Below are positions 35,918 to 50,506 of a DNA stretch of 64,000 nucleotides, piece after piece (positions within the stretch are counted from its first letter, which is position 1; each line of letters opens with the position of its first letter). Source of the DNA: Trichosphaerium sp. ATCC 40318 (Eukaryota; Protista; Tubulinea); the NCBI GenBank assembly GCA_038496445.1, contig JALMLS010000228.1, positions 248,001 to 312,000 on the forward strand, given 5' to 3'. The notes under the pieces were generated by a model. It made no database searches and had not been told where the DNA came from. It was given only the letters and a program-made list of their open reading frames with translations. The position numbers and the translations under genes were made by a program.

Positions 35918-36844
35918 TTACCAGAATACACCAAGCTCTATGACATACATATCATAAGCTGCACGTGAACAAATAGGAAAAAAGAAGTTATCTGGAAAGG
36001 CGTTCTTCTTGAGATAATTACAAACATCTGTAACTATATATTTGCAAGGAAGCGGGTTAATCATCCGAACTTTACCGTCGTCTTCAGAAGCAAAGTATTC
36101 TGCGAAAGCAAAAACTAATAATGTGTGTAGGTGCGCTTCTTTATCAGGTAGCGTGTCCCACTCTGGATCTGGTTTATCTGTCTTTGGCGTTGTGTCGTTG
36201 AGTGATTTAAGTAGTTTCTGTGCGATTGGGCATACTTCCATTACTGTGTTAAAAACAGTATCAGGAGAAACAACGATTTTCTCTTCTTCTTCTTCTTGTT
36301 TGTGTTTCTTTTGTACTTTAGTGAGGGAAGGAGTAGAATCGTTTGCTGTGGCTTCTTTTTTCGAAAAAACTTCTATTTCGGGCGTGTCTCTTTGCCTGTG
36401 GTCCTTTTTTGGTGATGTTTTGGATAGAGATAGCGCGATAACATCCATTGATCTACGACGACGTTTGGCTTGGTTTTTTTGTTTACGTTCTTTTGATTTC
36501 GGTGGTAGAATACCGTCTGGTGCGCTGTTGGTTCTTTTAGAGTGTTTTACTCTCTTTTTTCGCTTTTGTATCTTTTTCGATGATTGATTTTTTGATTGAG
36601 AAGTAGTCATCGTTGACGTGCTAGAAGTGCTTTCGAGGTTCTTGCGAATATGTTTAAAGCGTTTTGCCTTTGATTCGCGTCGAGGACTTCGTCTTTGTTT
36701 TGGTGATTCTGTTGGCGTTTCACAGCCATTTAATGCTGCGTCAGTAACGCTATGACGCCTTTTTTTCTTCGTTTGTTGTTTTTTCGGTTGGGTTTTCTTA
36801 GATGGTACAAAGTACGACTGAATAGATGATAGTGTAGTAGTCAT
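35918..36844 (-). CDS. Intronless Lys/Arg/Ser-rich hypothetical protein
   Basis: 308-aa ORF with ATG and a globular-looking C-terminus; no recognised domain. Confidence 0.7.
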   Translation of the reverse strand: MTTTLSSIQSYFVPSKKTQPKKQQTKKKRRHSVTDAALNGCETPTESPKQRRSPRRESKAKRFKHIRKNLESTSSTSTMTTSQSKNQSSKKIQKRKKRVKHSKRTNSAPDGILPPKSKERKQKNQAKRRRRSMDVIALSLSKTSPKKDHRQRDTPEIEVFSKKEATANDSTPSLTKVQKKHKQEEEEEKIVVSPDTVFNTVMEVCPIAQKLLKSLNDTTPKTDKPDPEWDTLPDKEAHLHTLLVFAFAEYFASEDDGKVRMINPLPCKYIVTDVCNYLKKNAFPDNFFFPICSRAAYDMYVIELGVFW

Positions 36845-37451
36845 TATGTATTTAGTTTGTTTCGTGTGAAGAGGAGTTGTTATCGATAAGATGGAAGTCG
36901 AATAATGAAAATTTTCTGCTCGTATTTGGATGGAAAGTTGTCAATCAAAAAATACGGTTTTTGGGCACTAAAATCGCTATGATTGAGTAAAGAGTGATAG
37001 ATAATACTCAATCATAATCATTCAAACAAGATAGAGTGTCATTAAACCGGTTTTATAGAAATACGAATTTGTTTTTAGAAACTGATTGATAGAAACCCAA
37101 AAGTAGGTTGTACTCCGATAATACACAATGACAACGCGTAAAACAATAATAATAAAGCGCTAATCAGTCAAGTCGTAATTATTAGTTTGTCCGTATATTT
37201 CTCGACTTACGTGGTTTTAGTACGATAAACAACATGTGTACTATTAATTAAAGTCACCTAAGAGTGAAAAGAAATATCACTCTGCAAATCTAGAAAGTTT
37301 GTTCTGAAATCAGATCGAAAATCGATTTTTTCCTTCTTTCAATCATTTCACCCGAACAAAAAAAAAAAAGTCGTATGAGTGATTAATGATGCTATCATCA
37401 CCTGTTTCAATCAAAAGAGTAAAAAGAGTCAACAAACAACGTTTTACATTA

Positions 37452-40400
37452 TTACCTCCAAGGCGTTCGTTTATTTAGTATTAACCAACCACCAAGTGCA
37501 GCAGATGCTATAACAACGCCTGCACCAACAACCAGAGGTACCATAAGGCTTGAGGCGGCTTTTGGCGCTTTGTTCCTAAGTGAGAAATCAGAGAAAGCGA
37601 AAAAAACAAAAAAATCGAAAGAAAAAAACGAAGAAACCGAAAAAAAAAAAAAGAAATGAAGAAGAAAAGGTCTTAAACGTGCTATTCTACGCGTTGACGT
37701 ACGTTACAACTGCATCAAAAATGCGACTGTAAATATCATTTGTTTGGTTCATACTCATTGAGACCTTTATTGGTGGGTCCAGAGATAGGCTTTTACATAA
37801 GCTAGAAGGACTTTCCTTTGTGTTCTAATAAAAGAAATAAATGTTAGTTAGAAGTTCGAGAAAAAAAACAAATTTCGGAAGTTTTGCTACGAGTCTTTTT
37901 TTCGGTAAGTACCTGTTGTACGGGTGGTTTATCTCCTTTAGTGGCGACATAAACACATGGTAGATGTGGATATGTCTGTAATAGATGTTTTTGTATCTCA
38001 TAAACGTGGCTAAAGGAAGAAGGATCTAGAGGAATGAAAGAAATGAGTTTACGTAATCTTTCTCTCTTTTTTTTTTCAAACAAAAACCGAATAACACGAA
38101 CCTGATAAGTCATAAACTAAGCATACTACGTCAGCTTGTCTCATTTCACTCGGTAACGATAATGTCTCGTTTTCTTTAGAACCGAGTTCTTTCATTACCT
38201 ATAAAAGGACATCAACAATTTTCTTTATTTTGGACAAAAAAAAACAAAAAAGAAGTTGAACGAACCAAATACTGTCCTTTAGCGTTTATTGCATTAACCG
38301 CTAGTTGAGGCATTATAGTAGGTTTATGTTCATTCAAAAATGGCTTTTCAATAAGCTGTCGTAATATAGCCGTCTACAAAAACAGTTAACAATAAGAAAT
38401 AAATAAGTACTATTGTTATCAAAAAAAACCAAACAACCATACCTTTCCACATCCTGCTGAACCAAAAACATAACACATGAATACATTCCTGTCATTGGTG
38501 TTTTCTTTACTATAAAAAAGAGTCATTGTGAGTTACCATGATACACCACAATAAAGAGATAAGTTAAATCAAACGTACTCAAATACAGTTATACAATCAG
38601 TCCTAGACTTTCCAGGGAAACCAAGATATCCCATATATTGCATGGCTTTCTTATAATCCAGTAAAATTATCATACTAAATAATCACGTTAATTTTATCTG
38701 TTTTTTCGCACGTGTGCTTGCACAATTTATTTTTACAAAATGATTGGGAAAAGAAAAAGGAAATGTCACAGATCGATTGAACACGTGCCTCCAAAGAGAT
38801 AAAAATCCCTGTAATGTAAGTTCTTTATTTCTTTCTGCTGTTTGTGCTTGATCTCTGTAATTTGCGTCCCAAATTGGAGTGCTATTTGGTGCTGTTTCAA
38901 AAAGTCTAAAGAAATTATTGATTTGTAATTTCTTCAAAAACAAAGTACCTTTTAACCTGTGACTCAGACAGAGATGACCCTAAGTATTAAGTTAGAAGCT
39001 AGTGATATTTCCGCGGAAAATAGAGGATAAAATAGGGATAGTTTACCAAAGCGACGAAAGCGTTCTGCAAGGAAGTGATATCCTTCTTGTGATAACCCAA
39101 CAACCTATTTCAAAAAAAACAATGTTTAATCACATGACACGCATTAAAATAATATATAGTATTCTTACCTTCATATATAAATCACCAAGGTCAGGTACGA
39201 GGAAAGAAGGCATAAGCTCCAAATTATCACCATAACCTTAACAAAAAAACAAATATCATCAAAACTATTTTTTGTTTGCGGATTTAATATAAATCTCGCT
39301 TACCAAAGTGGCGTAGTATCCGCCATACGCTATCCTGTCTACTCAATTCCATAAAGAGGCGCATTAAAAATAAAAATCCTCTACAGGAGAAAGTGTCAGC
39401 GGATGAAATAAATCCCGAAAAAATTACGATGAAAAAAAAAAACTGTAAAAAAACATACCGTTCGTTAACACCTCCATCTCCTAATCCTTCAGGATAACGT
39501 GCTTGTAGTGTTTTGTTTATACTTTTTAGGTTATCTTCGCTCATTTTTTTACCAAAACAAGTGCTCTAAACGCACTCAGTGAGTACAGAACCAACAACAA
39601 ACAAATTTCTTATCAGATGGTTTACCTGAAATTCCCTGAGTTCATGAGCATCCAATAAACCGTCTTTATCCATATCTATCAAGCAAAATATACGTTTTAA
39701 CGCAGCCACACAACTAGGGGTGAATTCCTAACAAAGCAGTTAAAGAAAAAATTAATCATTTCATTTTATAACTCACCTTAGCTGTTGGATCAAAAATTGG
39801 ACGCGTTGGGAACAATACAGCCTTTTTAGCATATCCAAACGCTTCATCAACAAATTGCCCAGATTTTGCCGAACATGCAACACAATACATAACCTCTTTA
39901 CACTCCTCTGCGATAGTCTACATTTCAATGAAAAAAAAGAAAAGTTATGTAAGTTCAAAAAAAAGAAATAAGAACTCACGTTTTTCATCAATTCTAGCTC
40001 CCTACGTTGTTCTTCTGGTGTCATTAAATCTATTTTATTTGCTAATATAACCACTGGCGCATTAGGATTTACATTACGCATAAGAGGTAGCCACAGACTT
40101 CACAAAATGTCAAAATGCGTACGATTATGGGATTGTTAAGGAAGTAGAAAAAAAAACGTTACCTTGTAATTGTTTCTCTGCTTTTGGCGTTCTTTACAGA
40201 ATATACTATGCATACAGCATCTGCAGAACGAATGTGTTTATCCATACCCTTGTCATCTTCCTTTCGAGCTTGACAGGTCGGTTACAAATCAATTTCGTGA
40301 AAAAAGTAGGTAAAATAATACGTACTGAGGGTGTCTATGAGCTCAATTGCTACCCGCTCAGACTCTGGACCTGCTAGAATTTGTTCTGGTATCGTAATTG

Positions 40401-40622
40401 GTGGAGAACATGCGGTTACCTGCTCAGAGTATTAAGATTTGTAAATTGAAGTGTTTGTACCCTCTCAGTGAAATTTGAAGATACCAGCCGACTCAATAAG
40501 CTCGTTTTACCAACACCCTCTATTTTACTGTCAGAAACACCTAAAAACAACGCCAACGCGGTATCCGCGCACGTACCATCACCACAAATTACAATTGTCA
40601 CTTTTTTGCGCTCCTCTCCCAT
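37452..40622 (-). CDS. RHOT: Mitochondrial Rho GTPase (Miro/Gem1)
   Basis: GD|EGVGKTSL, NKID, EF-hand DMDKDGLLDAHELREFQ, WRILRHFG, LTLQGFLSLW, second GTPase CYVFGSAGCGK, VATKGD, C-terminal TM helix. Confidence 0.92.
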
Positions 40623-40833
40623 TTCTGTTCAAAAGGGGCGGCAATTTTATGTTAGGCGCTAGAGAAGCGATTGGAGGGATCCAAAGGTGAGTTTCTCAAA
40701 TACAATGAGAGCTGAACACACTTGAAAAATGAAGGTTTTTCACTCGAAAATACGTCGGACAATCAACAGCTGTTTTTGCGCTCAAATTCTAATGTACCTA
40801 TTGTCTGAACCCCTGAAATGTTAGTAAACACTC

Positions 40834-41799
40834 ATGGAAAGAAGTGACAACGAAGAAGAGCCTATAATTCGCGAGAATATATTCGCTAGGCAGTCACCAA
40901 GGCAACAACGTGACAACCTAGAAGAATTCCTTAACCACAACTCCCCTGTACCAAAATTAAACGCGTCTGGAAATTTTACATCATACCAAAGCCCACGAAA
41001 ACGAAAATCTTTCCGTTTCTCTGCTGCTAGCGTTGTTTTTGACCCAGTAACTGATGAAGTCGTTCATACAGTTGAAAAACAAGACACTTTGGCTGGTTTG
41101 GCTATTAGATATGGATGTTCGGTGCGTAAGCTATTTAGACGGCAGTAATAATATTCCTTCAACTTTGACAAGTAAAATTTCAACTGTTCGTCAGTACAAT
41201 GACATATACACCTACTAACGCATCAAAGGTAAACAAAATCATGCGCGCAAACAAAATGTACAACAGAAATGCCTTCCACTCTCGTCGTACGATAAAAATA
41301 CCGATTAAAAGGTAGTTATAACAAAGCAACTCTACAAAAAAAACATCTTTCTCTAAATAAATCACAAGGGACGCATTCTACGCACATATCAAAAAATCAG
41401 AAGGAGAACGATCAAAGAAAAAACAAGAGAGAAGTGACATGGCAACACAATTTGCTGAAGTAAGACAATGTTTTTTTTGGTTTTTTTGGAACTTTTTTTG
41501 TCTATTTCGTTTTCTACTTTCTATCATCACTTTTTTGGCTCTTAATGCCCTCCATATATCTCCAATATCACGTGATTCTCATGGTTCTTTAGATTTTTAA
41601 TTGTAGCAACCACATGGCGTATACGTACTTAGAAAAGGCAAAATATGACTTTGATCGCGCAATGACTTTATACCAAATGCAAAATCACGTTAATTTGCCA
41701 TCAGACGATACCAAATCTACTTCAGAAGATATGTTAGTGATACCGACAGATGATGGTTCTAATGCGTCAAGTTTTGATAATAGCCCTAAAATATCGTAA
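40834..41799 (+). CDS. Intracellular LysM-domain protein with UBA-like C-terminal helices
   Basis: HTVEKQDTLAGLAIRYGCS|VNKIMRANKM...IKIP (LysM); AYTYLEKAKYDFDRAMTLY. Confidence 0.8.
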
Positions 41800-42564
41800 G
41801 TGAACAACTATGTATTTATATACAACAGCAATCTTACGCTCTGACCATTTAAAATCAAATCAAATGTAAAATTTTATAAAAATCCAAGAAAGTTGAACTT
41901 CAACAAACCTCTAGTTACTTACTCACATTACGCAACTTTCATTTTTATTTACGGAAAAAACGAGAAAAAAAACTGATGGAAATTTTCAGGGTTGGATCCT
42001 TCTACGAGTCATCAACGGGAAGAAAAACGTCAAGACCACTTAGTAAGAGGACTATTGATAAAATGACACAAACACAAGATGACTTGTTTCCAATGTAGTG
42101 AACGTTTGACCTTCGTAGCGAAAAACTAAAAAAAAAAATTCCCATTCCCAAACGCACGTGAAAAAAAAACTAAATGCAATGTAAAACATAGACAAAATAC
42201 AAATAAAAAACCCCAGCCTTGTACATACCACAACGAACAGTAATTACATTTTAATGCCATTACAACCTTTTCACCCAAAATGCTGACTATTAGTTCATTT
42301 TTTCGTTTATAACGCTTTGAAACAGTAAGGGCATGCGCAGGTGTCAAATTTACCAGGTGTTTGTCAGAAAGTTCAGAAAGTTGTAGACTGGCTTACATTG
42401 TTTTGGGCTAATTTAACGCAAATATTATTCAACTGTGCGAAAGCACTAGCGTAAAGCGTAGTATTCGCTAATTTTTTTTTGTAACGGTGCGTAGAAGGAG
42501 CAGTCCGACAGATAGTCAGTAATTTACGAAATATACCCTTTAAAGTACTTATATATACGTTTAG

Positions 42565-43120
42565 ATGGGTTGTGGAGCATCTTCATCTCATAGCAGCGAC
42601 GAGTATGATAATAATACACAACAAGAGCAGGCATCTGCGCCAGCAGGTACCTCCTATAATCACTCCGCTTGTCACACAGTATTAATTTTTTTTCTTTTTC
42701 CAGATGACAGGGAAACTGAATCAATGAGCCTGACTGCTATCATGAATATGAACAAGGTAGAGGATGAGGGCATACCAGAAGGTTAGTAGTTTAAAAGGCA
42801 AAACGAAAAAAAAAAGATAATATTACTTGCCACCAACCCACGAAACACTGTTCAATCCCTGTCTATACGACTGCAATTTTTTTTTCTTTTATTAATAAAT
42901 GTACCGGCCTGACTGATATTCAGGCTACCCCGCAAAGCCAGCGCAACCAGCAATGAGTGGTGACTCTGAGGAGGAATATAAACGATTCATGAGGGCCAAG
43001 TATAAACTAGAACAGTGGGAGAATGGATTGATATTGTACAGAATGAAAATCAAAGAAGGTAATATGCAAGCATGCGAACAGATTGTAGCAAGGATTGAAA
43101 CAGAACTACAAACAGAGTGA
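42565..43120 (+). CDS. Small N-myristoylated/palmitoylated hypothetical protein
   Basis: MGCGASS start; 2 introns; ends ETELQTE*. Confidence 0.6.
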
Positions 43121-43570
43121 TTAACTGACTACTCTGTGACGTTGTTTCAAGAAAAAGAAAAAAACAAAACGCGTTGTTGGGATTAGGTGTACGGTAAAAA
43201 AAACCTTAAACTGACTTTCTACAACGCCAGTATTTAAAAAAGATATTAAACAGCTACGCGCTTGACGCGTTTTTGATTCGAGACTTGAATTCTTGTTTGA
43301 CTTTCTGTCGATAAAACTCGCTTCAAACCTAATTATGAAAGAAGATAACACAATAGACGCTCAAACAGTGTTCTAGCTTATATTATGAGGTGGTTATCGC
43401 GCTTGAACGTCATCGTCCGTTTTGGTTTTTTTTTTCGCCACTCGATCGCTTTACCCAAAACCAAAATGAATGTATACGCATAGTTTAAGATTGTGAATTG
43501 TTTTTTACTATTAACAGGGGTTTTTAGGTTTTTTTTTTTTCTAAAGTACACCAAAGGCTTTATCACCTTT

Positions 43571-45343
43571 CTAGCAAACATCCATCGGTGATGGAGAAGC
43601 ATCATTATACAGAGGTGATCGTTGATAAGGCGCTGATGCTGTGTACTTTGGTTTTTCCATAAAAAATCGTGAAGCATGAGCAAACAGCGTGTGAAAAGTT
43701 TTTTTGTTTTGCAACTCCGAAAGCATCTCTTCAATTTCAATATCAGATAGAAGCCGATAGTTATGCGCGTGGCCATTTCTGAGCACATTACTAGCATCAG
43801 AGAGCATCTTTTGAGCTTCCAAAAATTGTCCGTTTGTTGCAAGTTTTGAGGCTTTAACAAGCGTAATAGCGGCTTTGAATCGCGAGAGGTTCTGATCCAA
43901 GCTGAAAGGCATAAGTTCTTCGTGCTCGCAAACCTGCGGCCGCTGGACATTTAATTCGCTCGAAATCTGCTCGCTTACTCCAGATGAAAACAAACTATAG
44001 CTCGTCTGGAAGAATAAGGTAAGTTTACGCGCTTTGCAGTATTTGTTGATTGAATAAATAAAAAAAGCCGTTGGTTTCGATATCACTCCAAAGAAGCGCG
44101 AAACGGACACAAATAAATCAAATAGCGATTACTACCAAATCGTAAAAAAGAAGGCGGTTGGAAGGTTTTTTTTTTTGGTATGCGCTACGAATGGGATAAA
44201 ACTTGCGTAGTTGTGGCACTAAGCGAGTTTTGAAGGGTTTCTCGTGAAAACATGAGAAGAACTAAAAAGCAAAAAAAAAAGCTTTAAACGGGACTCAAGC
44301 GCACGTACTTGTACTTTGAGTAGCTTGTGGCAATCTATTGGTTGATTCATTCGCCTGAGAGATAACTTCACAATAATTGTCTTCGTTTCTCCCCTCGACA
44401 TACGACCAACATTAACACTGTATTCCTTTAGTTTTTTGTGCGGTTCAATCGCGTAGTTTGTAGCTAACGTGATTATACGCGCTCCATCCAAAGCTTTTAT
44501 GAATACTGTAGAGTCTGTGGCGCACGTAGTCGTGAGCTGATTCGCGCACTCTAGGAGAGCGGAGACCATGTCTGTGCCGTTTTCAACGTAATAGTACATG
44601 CCTCGCGTCTCGTTCGCTAGAGCGTATAGAAGGGCAGAATCGTGGTCATCGCCAATACCAAAAGTGTGTATTACAGCATGTTTCGCTCCACACTCTGCTT
44701 TTTGTTTCTGTTGTTGTTTTACTTGTTGTATGAATGTTTGGTTTGAAACGCCGCGGTTTGAAGCTCCATCGGTGAATAAAAATATAGCCGGTACGCGATT
44801 TTCTTTTGCGGCTACCGCTTGATATTCGGGAGCGTCAAAGAGTGATAAAGCTGTGAAAAGAGCATCTGAAATATTCGTTGAACCATGAGGTTTGATGTTA
44901 TCACGCAAATGCTTCTCTAGCCTCTTCAAGTTTGGTGCTGTGGCGGGTTCGTACTTGCAAACCGTAGAAACGATGTGGTTGTATGTTACGACGCTGATCG
45001 TATTAAGTTCACCCAAAGTATCGAATACGGCACCCAATCCATCTAGAACTTTATCCATGCGATTGTGGTTTTTCATACTAGCAGAAACATCCAACACAAA
45101 TACAAAGTCCACAACAGGGTGATAATCACCTTGAGAGGTACCAGTAGAAGAGGCGATGAGGTCTTGGGCCTTTAGTTGAATAGTCGCCCAGCAGGTCGGG
45201 GCGTGATTGTAAGGCAAATGCGTCGCCTGTATCTCTGTTTTGAGGGTAAGAGTGCTTCGAGTTTGTACCCTAGAGGAAGATTGCTCTTCCCCTTGTTGAT
45301 TATCCGACCCGCCCCAAGCTGCGCTATACGATACGTTGTTCAT
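43571..45343 (-). CDS. vWA-domain protein (one intron 44006-44308)
   Basis: FVLDVSASM (MIDAS), GSTNISDAL, FLFTDG, IHTFGIGDDHD, GMYYYVE. Confidence 0.88.
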
Positions 45344-46656
45344 TTTGTTTGTAATATATTTTGCTTCGTTTGCTTCTTGTTGGGTTGAAAACGCGTTTGT
45401 TTATTCGTTAGTGTATGTTTACGAATGAACAGGGCTTGTGGGTTAGGAAATATACTACAAATGAGTCGACGAGGGACGTGTAGCTTCCGTTTTAACTATG
45501 AATTCTGCTCGCACAAAAAGACTAGCTCTTCACTGAAATCCGCATGGAAAAAACTCATACAAAGCGGAGAGTATTCAATCACCTTTCGCTCATTCTCCTC
45601 TTTTTAGCAACGAATATCAAGTTCACATTGAGTGTACTTATCTTAAGTTTACGAAATTTCTTTGAAGGCCCATAGCTTGTCGGTTTAATGTTTGCTGGTT
45701 CCTATGTGGATGACGTGATACCTTTGACGTACACTTTCCTTTCCTATTTATATTTCACGTCAATAAGAACCGAAAAACTATTTATATGCGCCAAACGAGT
45801 GCTTTTCTCTCAAAAAAAGGTATGGAAAAGCGTCTGATGGCAATAAACGGTTTTTTTTCGAAAAAACGGAGACATTCGCTAATCTACTTTCGCCTGAAGC
45901 ACAACAATAAAGGGCACCTCATTAGTTAGCGGTAACTGTTTTTCGCTTGTATGCGCTTATAATTAACTTCTTAAAAAGGATGTAGGACGCGCAAATAATA
46001 ACGTTTTTTGAATGTCAAACAGTACTTAGTGTTTTGCGAAGGTACGAAAAAATATCCCGCTCGCAAAGTATTCAACGAAATGATTTATTGTCCAGCGAGA
46101 GTCATATTTTTTGGTTGACTTTTACTCCGTTAGAACTTGTTGTTGGCACTTGAATCTTCTATATTTTTACTCGGAAGGAAGCGTCATTAGAAACTTGAGC
46201 GAACAACTTTTTTTTTTTCGTGCTAGGTCATTGACTTGTTCCATTTGTTGAACGGTATTCGACGGAGCGTGTTTCTTAGGCAGTATTGTGTTTGCCAATA
46301 TTTGGACTAGTAAAAAGCAAGATTATTCATAGAAAGTTAGAAGAGTATTCTTGACGTGTTTGACATGTACGCGTGACGTTCATAGCTATGTTCAATTTTC
46401 TGATAATTTTCGTAAAACTGACGGTTCGTTTTGTGCGTTTAGCTACTTTACGTTGTTTGAGACACTCAAATTGCTCCTTCTAAAATGCCATGTTTGGTCT
46501 AGTGATTGATTCACTAAAGTGAGAAAGGGACGATGTTGGAGAGTACTGAATGATTTCCACGTGCTAAGCGAAAATGTCATTTTATTCAGCTTCTGCGTAC
46601 ATAGACTTTCAGTGACATTTGAATCGACAAGTGCCAAAATCTTCAAGTTTACTGAT

Positions 46657-48169
46657 TTATATGAATAAAGCAAGGAAACAAAGTACAACAGCAAACGCAA
46701 ATGGCAAAGCATTTCTAGTAGTAATTGCGTCACTACGAGTACCCATCGTTGGTGCTTCTGTAGTTGGTGAAATAGTTGTATTCACAATAGCAGTAGGAGC
46801 AACTGTAGTTGGGCTAGCGGTGGTAGGCGTAGCAGTTGGAGCAGCTGTAGTTGGTGGAAGTGTAGCATTTGGAAGGAAACGAGCATCATCTGAATCCAAG
46901 CCATCAACAGAGTCTGTTGGTGTGAATTGGAGTGTGGTTATATCAAACAAGTATGCACTAGTTCTGCATTGAATGAAAATTCTTGTATCATCGTATCTTG
47001 TGAAGGCTACGAAAAATAGAGTTACGAAAAAGCCTGTATGACTTGACGAATGCCACTCACCTTTGAAACTACTACAAGAAACTGGAAGATTTGTCGAGTT
47101 TTGAGTTTCACAAGCCATTGACGAATTTGAAGGTATTGAAACTTTAAGTACTTGGGTCGAAGTGGCAGAGTAAAGTGTCGTGTTTATTACAACAACTACG
47201 AAAGGAGTCAAACACAAAAAACCTTGCAAGAACTTTTTGAACTACGTACTGTACTCTGCGCTTGGATTTGATGTTACGTATGAAGTACATACACGTGTAG
47301 TCTCACATGCGTTGATATCCACAGTATGTAAACCAAGCTCAGCTTCCGTATCAGCTACTTCAAGTGCACCATACATTGTATTTGTAACATAGTCAAAAGT
47401 TAATGCTGTAAAGACATTAGGGTTTGCTGGACAACTAGCAACCTGTATAAATAGCACGTGTTAGATTTCTTCGTATGTATTGATATCAATTGACAGACTT
47501 CGACAAGAAGTCATAGGAATGGTAGAAAATTGACTTAAGGGTGGGCTAGCGTTACACTACTGTTAGGCGCCCTTAAGCAAGCACATTTCTTGGATTTTAT
47601 TCTTAAAACGTACCGGATTGCAATCGCCTATGTTGTAAATTTCATACCCTCCAGTAGCGTTATTCTGATACCAAGTAGCAAGAAGAACTTGTCCATTTGG
47701 TAGTGGAGAAACAGCAGTATATTCACCGATGCTTGAGGTGTAAGAGCATCCTGTAAAAAAAACTGTTTTAGTTTAATGCCGAAACAACTAAGTGAGTGTT
47801 GTTGTGTATTTTTATGAAGAAATAGGAACGCCAAGGGCGTTTTGCAAACACTCAACGAGAGTTAGTTTGTAGTTGACAAGTGCAACTACACAAAAACTTC
47901 AAGCTGCTTGCAGGGCGTTGTATTCAACAAGGGGTAAGGCATTGTGGCGTTTTCTATTGTTTTTGTCGATTGGTATTGAAGTTTTCCTGAAAATAATGTT
48001 GGTACGTACTGTTCTTAACTACTGCTGCGTTGTCGACTTCAACAATACCAAAGTAGCTGTTGAAATTAAAATCTCCTTCTATTACAATCATTGTAGTACG
48101 GTTAAGAGCGTATGAAGCAACAAAAGGTATCATTAGACACATAAGGCATATCGTGGAGGTGTTGGTCAT
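46657..48169 (-). CDS. Secreted, probably GPI-anchored surface protein with a Pro/Thr-rich stalk
   Basis: Signal peptide, beta-rich ectodomain, PTTAAPTATPTT repeats, hydrophobic C-terminus. Confidence 0.7.
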
Positions 48170-48547
48170 CTTGTTTTGAAACTTGCTATTTTAAGTAGAA
48201 ATTTAGTAAATTATAAATAGTAGTACTTAAAATTATAAAACTGCCAAATACTTGAGAACTACAGACCAAAAAAGTCTTTGTGTACAATTCAACACTTCTA
48301 TTAAGTATCTCTACAAGTGTGACAATACTGAGAACTAGCAAACTACATAATGTGTAAAGAAAAAAAGACAGTCCTGCTATCAAAAGCGGGCTAGAAATTT
48401 CTAGCTGATAATTTATCAAGTTTTCCTGTTTCCGTATTGACTTTCTTCCTTCAGAGTTTACTAATCAGGCTATTTTGGAAGCTGATTGGTAATAATTGAT
48501 AGCATAAGGTGTATTCAAACATATACAACAACCTCTATTTGTAAAAT

Positions 48548-49853
48548 TTATTTTTCAGTGCTATTGGAAACATTTTCTACAATTGCATTTCTGTTAAATA
48601 CTGACGCAGCATACGGATAAATTCTCTTTCTCAATGAAGGTATCAATAATGAAAGTATCGTAATTGTGATTACAAGAATGAACACTATAACAACAATGCA
48701 GATGACTGCGACTAATGGAAATCCCTTACTGTTTTCTTCTAAACATGAAGATCCAAACAGAACAATTACCTTGCCGCCATCTATGTAGTTTGTCAATATT
48801 GTGCCTAGAGTGTATATTTTGTACCTCTTTCAAGGCAAGAACTTGGGTCGTTTATAGTAACATTGCCTGTGTCAAAAGTGCACGTGCTATTAAACTGGAG
48901 TAATGTAATACTGTTACTTGTCTAGAGAAGCTGTTAGTTTAATACATCTAAGTTTTAGTGACGTCTACCTCTACTTCTTTAACGTCTATTTCTACCATCT
49001 CATTAAAACTAGGACATCCGTACAATGTTATTGAAGATTGGTCATCGATAAGCAACACTGTGTTCACAAATACAACATCACCTTTGCAAAAAACGTGAGA
49101 AATATTGGTGTTGACGTTTTAGTTAGTACCAGGAGCTATTAATGTATTGCCTATCACTGAAAAGTTGCCTGTTATAATAGTTGGCTGAATGTTGTTGACA
49201 GATTTATTGAAACATTTAACTTTGGCTATACTATGGCACGGTTTATCATTTAGAACTAAAAGAAAAAGAAAAAGTTAAGTTATGTTACTACAATAGTGGC
49301 ATTAAAACAGGTCATACATCCGATATGCTTCTCCAGACATCGTTCTTGCGTGAAATTACGGCTCATGTCTTCAAACGTTGGTTCTGCACCAGTACCAAAA
49401 AATGTTTCCAAAAAAGTTTTTGTATCGTTTTGAGCTGTGAAAAGAAACATTTCTGTATCGGTCATTCTCAGGCCGCTATCTTGCCAAACGTAGTAAGATA
49501 GTGCTTCGTAACAAATAGAGCAGTTGTTACTTGTGCGACAAGGCTTACAAGCAAGCAAATCGTAGTCTGGTCCATCGTCTCTTCTGGCTTTTACCCACCA
49601 TGATCTTGTGCCTGCTGGAGGCTCGATTGTTTCGAATACATCTTTCGATCGTATTTCGTGCAGTGTTTGGCCTCTGTTTAGTTTAAGGGTTCACAATTTA
49701 ATTTGTTCGTAAAAGTAGATTTTTGCGCCTGTTATGAGCACGTGGGTACCTTGCTTCACAATATTGTATGGCTTGGTCATAGTTTCTGTACATGGCATCA
49801 CTGGTTTGTAGATGTACAAGGATAAGCAAGCAAACAGCGACAGTACCCCTCAT
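48548..49853 (-). CDS. Cys-rich type I membrane protein
   Basis: Signal peptide MRGTVAVCLLIL, Cys-rich ectodomain, TM helix followed by PSLRKRIYPY. Confidence 0.7.
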
Positions 49854-50506
49854 TTGAGCCCACTATAGAATCTATTGGTCAAAATAAGTATGTCGTCATA
49901 GTGTAAGCAATAATCACGGATTGAAAATTTTTCCGTTAGTTCCCGTGTGCTTAGTAAGAGCTCGGAATTCTAAATGAAAAATCGAAAATTATTTTTTTGT
50001 GTGGTATTGGCGACAACCTTTATTTTACAATGTAACATGCTTTTGAGTGGCAGACAAAGTAATTCTAATCAACCATGTATCATTCTCATCACCCTATTGA
50101 TAATAGCAGATTTTGCAAGTCTAGATTTCAAAACTAAAGTCGCCAAAACTCAAAACTAAACAGACAATCAATCATTTTAACTTTCCTAATTTCAATCAAA
50201 ATAAACAGATATTTTATTACCACACAAGTATTGCAACACCTCTACAAAAACCAATAATCGACGTGATATAGCATATGGAACCTCCTACTTTAACAAAGGT
50301 ACGATTACTTTTTAATCAACGTACAAGATTAAATCAGTCATTAATCGCATCAATAGACCAACGAACCAACGATAAAAAGTTCCAAGCAACTACTGCTGAG
50401 CCTTCCACTTGAATTTTAAGTGGAGATAATCGATCTGGATACCGAAGTTTCCTTAAAGTGGCCTTTGTTATCTAAGCATACTGCAATGTAAAGCTAATTT
50501 ATTTAC

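Noticed and set aside
44006-44308. Long vWA-gene intron as a snoRNA host
   Set aside because: No convincing C/D or H/ACA boxes seen.
45400-46650. Long intergenic stretch (also 58330-59250) as an ncRNA or hidden gene
   Set aside because: No tRNA, snRNA or coherent exon chain recognised by eye; an Infernal or tRNAscan run would be needed.
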